A stretch of DNA of 17,492 bases, from the NCBI GenBank assembly GCA_031414955.1, contig JANOQV010000191.1:1-17492 (forward strand), given 5' to 3'. Shown one piece after another: positions 1 to 7,160 of the stretch. The notes under the pieces are model-generated. The model was not told the DNA's origin. It saw nothing but the letters and a program-made list of their open reading frames with translations, and did no database searches. The position numbers were made by a program, and so were the translations under genes. This stretch comes from Pedosphaera sp. Lineage in GTDB: Bacteria; Verrucomicrobiota; Verrucomicrobiia; Limisphaerales; SIBH01. Position 1 is the stretch's first letter; every line of letters starts with the position of its first letter.

Positions 1-1
1 G

Positions 2-2977
2 TCGGGCAAGTCGTCGCTGGCCTTTGACACGCTCTACGCCGAGGGGCAGCGCAAATACGTGGAGTCGCTCTCGGCTTACGCGCGGCAGTTCCTCGACCAG
101 CTCCAGAAGCCGGACGTGGATTTCATCGAGGGGCTGTCGCCGTCCATCGCCATCGAGCAGCGCAGCTCCGGCTCGAACCCGCGCTCCATCATCGCCACCA
201 CCACGGAGATTTACGATTACCTGCGCCTGCTCTTCGCCAACGTCGGCCAGCCGCATTGCCCGGACTCGGGCGTGCCCATCTCCGCCCAAACCACGACCGA
301 CATCGTGGATAAGATTCTCGCGCTGCCGCCCAAGTCGCGCGTGATGGTGCTGGCCCCGGTGGTGCGCGCGCAGAAGGGGGAGTTCCGCGACGTGATCGAA
401 CGGCTGGGCCGGGAGGGCTTCGTGCGCGCGCGCATTGATGGCGCGCTGGTGGAGCTGTCCGCGAACACGCGCGTGAAGCTGGAGCCGAAGGAGAAGCACA
501 ACATTGATGTGGTGGTGGACCGGCTGGTCATTGATGACAAAATTCTCACGCGCCTGAGCGACTCGGTGGAGACGGCGTTGAAGTGGGGCGAAGGATCGTT
601 GATCACGCTCCATCAACTCCCTGACGACGGCCGCGCTTCGGCCTCCCCACCCACGAACCGGAGCGCCGGCGTCTCGCCGGCTTTGGGCGTCCGCACGCGC
701 CAAGCCGGCGTGGACGCCGCCGCTCCACAATGGACGGAGACGCTGCACTCGAATCGCGCGTTCAGTCCCGCCACGGGCAAGAGCTTCGAGCGCGTGTCGC
801 CGAAACATTTCTCCTTCAACTCGCCCCACGGCGCGTGTCCCGTCTGCCACGGCCTGGGACAGAAGATGGTTTTCGACGAGGCACTGGTCGTGCCCGATGC
901 GGACAAGTCGCTTGATGGCGGCGCGGTCTTGCCGTGGCGGCGCGGCGGGAAGCGGATGATCACCTACTACAAGGCGATGCTGCGCGCGGTGACTTCGCAT
1001 TGCGGTGCGAGCTTGGAAGCGCCTTACAAAAATCTGCCCGACGCTTTCAAAGCGAAGCTCATGCGCGGCATCGGCGAGACGGAGATTGATTTTAACTTCT
1101 GGCGCGCGGGCAAGATGAGCAAGGTGACGCGCGCGTTTGAGGGCGTGATTCCCAATCTCGAACGCCTCTACGCCGAGAGCGAGAGCGAGTTCACGCGCAA
1201 CCGGCTCAAGGGATTCATGAACCCGCAGCCGTGCGATGCGTGCGGCGGGCGGCGGCTGAAGGCGGAGATTCTGGCGGTGACACTCGGCGAACGTGCCCCC
1301 GGCGTCCCGCCGGGAGGTGATGCTGAAAAATCCGAAACCTGCCCGACAAATCAAGTGACGCAAGAAAATCGGAAGGCCCGACCCGGCGGGACGCCGGGGG
1401 CACGTTGCATTCCCGGTTCGTCCATCATGGACGTGTGCGAGATGTCCGTGGATCGCGCCGATCAGTTCTTTGCCCAACTCAGCGGCCAGCTCACCGGGTT
1501 CCAGCACAAGATTGCCGACGAGGTGATTAAGGAAATTCGTGCGCGACTCGGCTTCTTGAAGAACGTCGGCCTCGGCTACCTCACGTTGAATCGCGAAAGC
1601 GGCACGCTGTCCGGTGGCGAAGCGCAGCGCATCCGGCTGGCCACGCAGATTGGCGCGGGGTTGGTCGGTGTGCTCTACATCCTCGACGAGCCGAGCATCG
1701 GTTTGCACCAGCGCGATAATGAGCGACTGCTCGTCACACTCGAAGGACTGCGCGAACTCGGCAACACCGTGATCGTCGTCGAGCATGACGAGGACACGAT
1801 TCGCCGCGCGGATTACATCCTCGACCTCGGTCCCGGCGCGGGCGTGCGCGGCGGCGAGATTGTTGGCGCGGGGACTTTGGAGCAATTGCTGCAATCGCCT
1901 CGCTCCACGACGGCGAAGTATCTAAACGGCGAGTTAAGCATCGCCGTGCCCAAGCAGCGCGTGAAGCCGAGCAAGGAACGGGGCTGGCTCGAAGTGCTCG
2001 GCGCGACCGAGAACAACCTGAAGAACGTGGATGCGCGCATTCCCGTCGGCACGTTGACCTGCGTGACCGGCGTGAGCGGCAGCGGTAAGAGCACCCTGGT
2101 TGTGGACATTCTTCAGCGTGCGCTCTTCCGCCACATGCACGGATCGAAAGAGACGCCCGGCAAACACCGCGCCATCGAGGGCAAGGACTTGTTCGACAAG
2201 GTCATCGTCATCGACCAGACGCCGATTGGTCGCACGCCGCGGAGCAACCCGGCGACTTACACCGGGATGTTCAATCACATCCGCGACCTCTTTTCGAAGC
2301 TGCCGGCGGCGCGCATCCGCGGCTACACCACGGGCCGGTTCAGTTTCAACGTGAAGGGCGGTCGCTGCGAGAAGTGCCAGGGCGACGGCCTGATCAAGAT
2401 CGAGATGCACTTCCTACCGCCAGTCTATGTGACGTGCGAGGCGTGCGCCGGCAAACGCTACAACCGCGAGACGTTGGAGATTTCCTACAAGGGCATGAAC
2501 ATCGCCGACGTGCTGCGCATGAGCGTTGATGAGGCGGTGACTTTCTTCCGCGCCGTGCCGCAGATTTACGAGCAATGCCTGACGCTCGCCGAAGTTGGTC
2601 TCGGTTATCTCGGTCTCGGCCAGAGCGCGACCACGCTTTCCGGCGGCGAAGCCCAGCGCCTCAAGCTCGCCGCCGAGTTAAGCCGCAAGCAGACGGGCCG
2701 AACGCTCTACATCCTCGACGAGCCCACGACCGGCCTGCACTTCGCCGACGTGGCCAAGCTGCTCGAAGTGATTTTCAAACTGCGCGCCCCCGGCAACACT
2801 CTGATTGTGATCGAGCACAATCTCGACGTGATCAAAGTCGCCGACTGGGTGATCGATCTCGGTCCCGAAGGCGGGGAAGGCGGGGGAGCCATCGTGGCCC
2901 AGGGCACCCCCGAGCAAGTCGCAGCCTGCGCCGAAAGTCACACCGGACAGTACTTGAAACGGTCGCTGAAGAGGTGA
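2..2977 (+). CDS. uvrA: Excinuclease ABC subunit A (UvrA), 5'-truncated by the window edge
   Basis: Frame is open from position 2: SGKSSLAFDTLYAEGQRKYVESLSAYARQFL (end of Walker A1). Two ABC signatures LSGGEAQR, Walker B motifs YILDEPSIGLH and YILDEPTTGLH, second Walker A GVSGSGKS, Zn ligands CPVC/CDAC and CEKC/CEAC. The GTG at 59 in the ORF track is internal. Confidence 0.98.
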   Translation, partial: SGKSSLAFDTLYAEGQRKYVESLSAYARQFLDQLQKPDVDFIEGLSPSIAIEQRSSGSNPRSIIATTTEIYDYLRLLFANVGQPHCPDSGVPISAQTTTDIVDKILALPPKSRVMVLAPVVRAQKGEFRDVIERLGREGFVRARIDGALVELSANTRVKLEPKEKHNIDVVVDRLVIDDKILTRLSDSVETALKWGEGSLITLHQLPDDGRASASPPTNRSAGVSPALGVRTRQAGVDAAAPQWTETLHSNRAFSPATGKSFERVSPKHFSFNSPHGACPVCHGLGQKMVFDEALVVPDADKSLDGGAVLPWRRGGKRMITYYKAMLRAVTSHCGASLEAPYKNLPDAFKAKLMRGIGETEIDFNFWRAGKMSKVTRAFEGVIPNLERLYAESESEFTRNRLKGFMNPQPCDACGGRRLKAEILAVTLGERAPGVPPGGDAEKSETCPTNQVTQENRKARPGGTPGARCIPGSSIMDVCEMSVDRADQFFAQLSGQLTGFQHKIADEVIKEIRARLGFLKNVGLGYLTLNRESGTLSGGEAQRIRLATQIGAGLVGVLYILDEPSIGLHQRDNERLLVTLEGLRELGNTVIVVEHDEDTIRRADYILDLGPGAGVRGGEIVGAGTLEQLLQSPRSTTAKYLNGELSIAVPKQRVKPSKERGWLEVLGATENNLKNVDARIPVGTLTCVTGVSGSGKSTLVVDILQRALFRHMHGSKETPGKHRAIEGKDLFDKVIVIDQTPIGRTPRSNPATYTGMFNHIRDLFSKLPAARIRGYTTGRFSFNVKGGRCEKCQGDGLIKIEMHFLPPVYVTCEACAGKRYNRETLEISYKGMNIADVLRMSVDEAVTFFRAVPQIYEQCLTLAEVGLGYLGLGQSATTLSGGEAQRLKLAAELSRKQTGRTLYILDEPTTGLHFADVAKLLEVIFKLRAPGNTLIVIEHNLDVIKVADWVIDLGPEGGEGGGAIVAQGTPEQVAACAESHTGQYLKRSLKR
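660..726. repeat. REP/REPIN-like imperfect inverted repeat inside uvrA (element 1)
   Basis: Left arm GGAGCGCCGGCGTCTCGCCGGCTT (660-683); right arm AAGCCGGCGTGGACGCCGCCGCTCC (702-726) is its reverse complement apart from two mismatches and a 1-nt bulge. The left arm is itself a palindrome, GCCGGCG-TCT-CGCCGGC. Confidence 0.8.
1290..1406. repeat. REP-doublet (REPIN-like) element with perfect 25-bp inverted arms inside uvrA (element 2)
   Basis: AACGTGCCCCCGGCGTCCCGCCGGG (1290-1314) and CCCGGCGGGACGCCGGGGGCACGTT (1382-1406) are exact reverse complements around a 67-nt A-rich spacer. Total length 117 bp = 39 codons. Confidence 0.9.
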
Positions 2978-3017
2978 TCGCCTTATGCAGGCGCGTCTTG
3001 GAATTGCTTCCGAAGTA

Positions 3018-3473
3018 TCAGGACACGTTGGTAGGGCGCCGCCGATAGATCACCCAAAGAAACAGCAAGCCCATCGCACTGCCGAAGGTGTCGATTCCCA
3101 CATCCACGGGCGAGCCCGTCCGCCCGCGAACGAAACTCTGGTGGAATTCATCCGTGGCCGCATAGAGGACGGCCGCGGCCAGAGCGACGGCGGCGGTGCG
3201 CCATGACCACGGCCGAGGATCCCGCCGGATGGGTTTGCGCAGGACACGCCAGGCCAGCCAGGCCAGCACCGCGTACTCCGTCATGTGCGCACCCTTGCGC
3301 ACCACCCAGCGCACGGCGTCGATGGTCTCCTGGCTTACGTCCGGATCGAACCAGCGCAGGATGGGCACGAGGAAGCGCGAGGTGTGGGCGATGGACTGCG
3401 GATCGGCACTCGCGCCAAAGATGACGAGCATCCAGAGCAGCAGCGGCAACCAGTAGCGCAGGAACGAAATCAT
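3018..3473 (-). CDS. VanZ-like family membrane protein
   Basis: Hydrophobic N-terminus YWLPLLLWMLVIFGAS; motifs RKGAHMTEYAVL and YAATDEFHQSFVRGRTGSPVDVGID typical of the VanZ family. Start placed at ATG 3473; the ORF track start at 3494 is the alternative. Confidence 0.88.
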   Translation of the reverse strand: MISFLRYWLPLLLWMLVIFGASADPQSIAHTSRFLVPILRWFDPDVSQETIDAVRWVVRKGAHMTEYAVLAWLAWRVLRKPIRRDPRPWSWRTAAVALAAAVLYAATDEFHQSFVRGRTGSPVDVGIDTFGSAMGLLFLWVIYRRRPTNVS

Positions 3474-3562
3474 TCGGCGCGGCGATGAGAACAATCCGGC
3501 GGGCCGGGCCGCAATGACAAACAGGGGATTGGCACCTGGCTCGTTTCCTCCGCCACCAGAGC

Positions 3563-3646
3563 ACCACGGATGGTGCGAAGGGCGCGGATGGGAAGAAAGA
3601 ATTACACCCGGCCTACTTGATCCGTGTCCTCCGCGTGATCCGCGGT
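3563..3646. repeat. Intergenic inverted repeat built from three 9-nt (xxCRCGGAT-like) units per arm
   Basis: Arms 3563-3589 (ACCACGGATGGTGCGAAGGGCGCGGAT) and 3620-3646 (ATCCGTGTCCTCCGCGTGATCCGCGGT) pair at 20/27 Watson-Crick positions plus 4 G-U positions, around a 30-nt spacer. Confidence 0.7.
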
Positions 3647-3687
3647 TGAGAATCGGTACCCACGAAGCATTGAGGACAGCGGCGGTG

Positions 3688-4710
3688 TCACGCCGCCAAC
3701 TTCTCGTCTTTCGGGATCGTCTCGAGGATGCGGCGGGTGATGTCGTCGCTGGTCACGCCTTCGCTTTGGGCGGCGAAATTCGCCACGATGCGGTGCCGGA
3801 AGACGGGCGGCGCGACGGCGGCGATGTCGTCGCAGCTCACGTAGGTCTGGCCGCGGAGGATGGCGCGGGCCTTCGCGGCGAGGATCAGGTTCAGGCCGGC
3901 GCGCGGGCCGGCACCCCACGAGAGCCATTTCTTGCAGAAATCGAGCGCCTCGTCCGTCTTCGGTCGCGTGCAGCGCACGAGCCGTTCGGCGTAGGCATAG
4001 ACGTGATCGGCCACGGGCATGCGGCGGACGATTTGTTGGAGGTGGAGGATTTCATCCACCGAGAGCACGGCCTGCGGCTTCTGCATCGGTGCGCCGGTCG
4101 CCATCTTCATGATCTGCAATTCCTCCGCCGCCGTCGGGTAGTCCACATGGATCATGAACATGAAGCGGTCGAGCTGCGCCTCGGGGAGCGGATAAGTGCC
4201 TTCCTGCTCGATGGGATTTTGCGTGGCGAGCACGAAGAACGGATCGGGCAGCGCGAAATCATTTCCGCCCACGGTGACTTTGCGTTCCTGCATGGCTTCG
4301 AGCATGGCGGCCTGCGTCTTGGGCGGCATGCGGTTGATTTCGTCGGCCAGAATCATGTTGGCGAAGATTGGTCCCTTGAGGAACCGGAACTCGCGCACGT
4401 TGGTCTGCGGGTCTTGGAAAATCACCTCGGTGCCGGTGATGTCGCTGGGCATGAGGTCGGGCGTGAACTGGATGCGCTTGAACGACATGTGCAGCGTTTG
4501 CGCCAGGGTGGAGACGAGCAGCGTTTTGGCGAGCCCGGGCACGCCGACGAGCAACGCGTGGCTGCGCGTGAAGATGGCGATAAGCGCCTGCTCCACGACT
4601 TCCTCCTGACCGACGATGACTTTGCCGAGCTCGGATTTGATGCGGGCGGCAGATTCCTTGAGATGCGCGACGGCCTGCAGGTCGTGGTCGGCTTTTGCTT
4701 CTTTGGTCAT
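3688..4710 (-). CDS. moxR: MoxR-family AAA+ ATPase
   Basis: Walker A GVPGLAKT, RIQFTPDLMPSDITG, Walker B ILADEINR, PPKTQAAMLEAMQE, ATQNPIEQEGTYPLPEAQLDRF, C-terminal FRHRI; 340 aa. Confidence 0.96.
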   Translation of the reverse strand: MTKEAKADHDLQAVAHLKESAARIKSELGKVIVGQEEVVEQALIAIFTRSHALLVGVPGLAKTLLVSTLAQTLHMSFKRIQFTPDLMPSDITGTEVIFQDPQTNVREFRFLKGPIFANMILADEINRMPPKTQAAMLEAMQERKVTVGGNDFALPDPFFVLATQNPIEQEGTYPLPEAQLDRFMFMIHVDYPTAAEELQIMKMATGAPMQKPQAVLSVDEILHLQQIVRRMPVADHVYAYAERLVRCTRPKTDEALDFCKKWLSWGAGPRAGLNLILAAKARAILRGQTYVSCDDIAAVAPPVFRHRIVANFAAQSEGVTSDDITRRILETIPKDEKLAA

Positions 4711-4808
4711 GATTCTTAACGGATGTTGCGGCTGGTGATAGCGGAGCGCGGCGCGGGTTCACAAGGAACTTTGCCGTGACGACAGCGGGACGCCGGCGGG
4801 ACGCTGGA

Positions 4809-5354
4809 TTAACATCCATCCACGCCCGCCTTGGTCTCCATCCAGCGGGCGAGCAGCCAGAGCACGTCGGACAGGCGATTGAGGAAAATCACGATCTCGC
4901 CATTGACCGGTTCACCGAACTCGCGCACGGCGCAGACGCGGCGCTCGGCACGGCGGCAGGCGGTGCGGGCCAGGTCGAGCGCGGCGGCGACCGGGGTCGC
5001 GCCGGGCGTGGCCCAGCCTTTGAAGGAAATCTTCTGCGCTTCGAGCTGCTTCACCAGTTCATCCAGCCGTGCCGTCATCGCCGGGGAAATGATCGTAAAG
5101 CCATCGCGTCCATAACGTCCCAGGTCATCCGGCGCGGTGGCCAGTTCTCCCATCACGTCCACGAGTTGTTTCTGCGTGATGAAAAGTTCGCCGCGCAACC
5201 ATGCATCGGAGGCGGTGGCGCGAGCCACGCCCAGCGCGGCATTGAGCTCGTCGATGGCCCCGTTGGCTTCAATGCGGGGATGAGTCTTCGGGACGCGGCG
5301 CTTATACATCAGGCCGGTGGTGCCGTCGTCGCCGGTGCGGGTTGCGATGCTCAT
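4809..5354 (-). CDS. pduO: ATP:cob(I)alamin adenosyltransferase, PduO type
   Basis: N-terminal ATRTGDDGTTGL, RVPKTHPRIEANGAIDELNA, ARTACRRAERR and FLNRLSDVLWLLAR are PduO/MMAB signature motifs; 181 aa. Confidence 0.94.
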   Translation of the reverse strand: MSIATRTGDDGTTGLMYKRRVPKTHPRIEANGAIDELNAALGVARATASDAWLRGELFITQKQLVDVMGELATAPDDLGRYGRDGFTIISPAMTARLDELVKQLEAQKISFKGWATPGATPVAAALDLARTACRRAERRVCAVREFGEPVNGEIVIFLNRLSDVLWLLARWMETKAGVDGC

Positions 5355-5478
5355 TTAGTTTCAGAATCAATTGCGCTGCGGGGAGATTAAGCGGGGCGCG
5401 GATCGCACCCGCAAGGTCATTCGCGTCCGTGGCCGCTTGGAGATTGAAGCGCTTTCAAAGCAGGGTCAGAATCTGGCC

Positions 5479-6279
5479 GTGTCACGTCGCAAGCAAAAAA
5501 GTTCCGCCCGATGGCCGGCCACGAACCTCGTGCTGGTGGCAGGCGGGCTGGGCCTGCTCGGAGCCATCGGGACTGGTGTCTGGTTCAAGAAACTCGGATC
5601 GAAAGCGGTTCCGGTGCTCGCCCCTCCGCCTGGTGCGGCCACTAATCCCGGGCCCCTCGCAACCAACAGCATCACCCCCGACCCGGCCGCCTTTCTGGCC
5701 TGGCTGACCAACCAGACCGAAAGCGCGGAACTGATCAACATGGGTACTTCGTTGCTGGAACAGAACTGGGCCGGACAAGCCGTGCTGTGCTATCGCCGCG
5801 CGCTCGAATTGAAGCCGACGGACGAGGAGGCGCACTTTAATCTCGGCGTGGCCCTGGCCCGGCTCGGGCAAATCGCGGAGGCGGAGCAGGCGTATCGCGA
5901 GGCCTTGAGTCTTTTCCCGGAATACGTCGAGGCCCATAACAATCTTGGCAACCTGCTCACGCGACAACGTCGCTACGCGGACGCGGTGACTGAATTCAAC
6001 GCCGCGCTCAAGCTCGCGCCAGAGGACGCCTCGGCGCACAATAACCTGGGCCGGGCCTTCGCCGAGCAAGGCGTAATGGCCGAGGCCATGCAGCACTTCA
6101 GCGAGGCGGCCCGGCTCGACACGAACTATGTGGAAGCCCGCTTCAACCTGGGCGCGGCCTGCCTGAGCCTGGGCCGCACCAACGAGGCCATCACCGCTTT
6201 CCGGGAGACGTTGCGCCTCCGGCCTGATTTCGCGCCCGCCGCGCAAGCCCTTGAAAAATTGCGACGCGGCTTTCGCTGA
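5479..6279 (+). CDS. Membrane-anchored tetratricopeptide-repeat protein
   Basis: Basic N-terminus, one hydrophobic segment (LVLVAGGLGLLGAIGTGVWF), Pro-rich linker, then about 5 TPRs at 34-aa spacing (AHFNLG, AHNNLG, AHNNLG, ARFNLG). Start placed at GTG 5479; the ORF track TTG 5371 leaves almost no room for divergent promoters. Confidence 0.88.
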   Translation: MSRRKQKSSARWPATNLVLVAGGLGLLGAIGTGVWFKKLGSKAVPVLAPPPGAATNPGPLATNSITPDPAAFLAWLTNQTESAELINMGTSLLEQNWAGQAVLCYRRALELKPTDEEAHFNLGVALARLGQIAEAEQAYREALSLFPEYVEAHNNLGNLLTRQRRYADAVTEFNAALKLAPEDASAHNNLGRAFAEQGVMAEAMQHFSEAARLDTNYVEARFNLGAACLSLGRTNEAITAFRETLRLRPDFAPAAQALEKLRRGFR

Positions 6280-6527
6280 TAGTCTCGCCGCCTTGCTTCC
6301 CGCACCGCGCCCGAAAATCTTCCTCGTTCCGGGAATAACCCGCCTCCTCCGCGCATCTCATCAGTGGCAGGCAGGCGGATGGACCGCAATCGACGCCGCT
6401 CGAGATTTGTTGGGTTTAACGAGTCTTAACAAAGGTGTCGGTGGCGTGGACCTGGTGGCCGCGTTCGCAATGGACGCAATTGTCGCCCCCGGGAGAATCC
6501 ATGAGTCCGGCCCATCCGCCGCCGGCC

Positions 6528-6553
6528 GGAATATCCGGGCTGGAGAGCCAGTT
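6528..6553 (+). promoter_or_regulatory. Candidate ECF promoter GGAAT-N18-GTT upstream of the ECF sigma gene
   Basis: GGAAT at 6528-6532 and GTT at 6551-6553, spaced as in the SigR/SigH-type consensus, 25 nt before ATG 6579. Short motif, could be chance. Confidence 0.35.
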
Positions 6554-6578
6554 TGACGATGAGCAAGCAGCCGTTACG

Positions 6579-7160
6579 ATGGAGAGAGCGCCGCGAACCG
6601 AGAGTGCGCCGCGCTTCCGTATGCCGCCCGAGCAACAAACATTCGAGAACGCCGTGACCTCTTGTTACGAACCTTTGTACCGGTTCGCGCTCGGCCTGAG
6701 CCGGAGCGAGGCCGACGCCGCTGATCTCACCCAGCGCGCCTTCGAGCGCTTCAGCGAAAAGGCCGGCGCGCTGCGCGATCCCTCGAAGGCGAAAACCTGG
6801 CTCTTCACCACGCTCTATCGTGACTTTCTCCAGCAACGCCGCCACGCCACGCGCTTCCCGGAGTCAGAACTCGACGAGAGCATTGAGTCCACGGTGGTGG
6901 AGTTGCCGCAGGCGGACATGCGGGCGGATGCCAATGCCGCCGTGGCCGCCCTGCAAAGGCTGGAGGAGCCGTTCCGTTCGGCGCTGATTTTGTTTTATTT
7001 GCAGGAGCATTCGTATCGCGAGATCGCGGGCATCCTGGACGTGCCCATCGGCACCGTGATGTCCCGCATTTCGCGCGGCAAGGAAATGCTCCGGGAGCAA
7101 TTGGTGGCAAGCGACAGAAAGGTGGCGCCCGTGGCCGCCGGAAGAGGAGCGGTGAAATGA
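6579..7160 (+). CDS. ECF-subfamily RNA polymerase sigma-70 factor
   Basis: Region 2 (LYRFALGLSRSEADAADLTQRAF...WLFTTLYR) and region 4 (LILFYLQEHSYREIAGILDVPIGTVMSRISRGKEMLR). Start uncertain: ATG 6579 or 6621, with ATG 6501 and GTG 6435 also in frame. Confidence 0.93.
   Translation: MERAPRTESAPRFRMPPEQQTFENAVTSCYEPLYRFALGLSRSEADAADLTQRAFERFSEKAGALRDPSKAKTWLFTTLYRDFLQQRRHATRFPESELDESIESTVVELPQADMRADANAAVAALQRLEEPFRSALILFYLQEHSYREIAGILDVPIGTVMSRISRGKEMLREQLVASDRKVAPVAAGRGAVK

Noticed and set aside
1288..1417. Intein or intron explanation for the uvrA inserts
   Set aside because: Far too short for an intein, no N-terminal Cys/Ser plus C-terminal His-Asn splice motifs, and no group I/II intron features. 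No target-site duplication is visible either.
3514..4719. 401-aa plus-strand ORF
   Set aside because: Antisense shadow of moxR; long shadow ORFs are expected at high GC, and it has no recognisable motifs.
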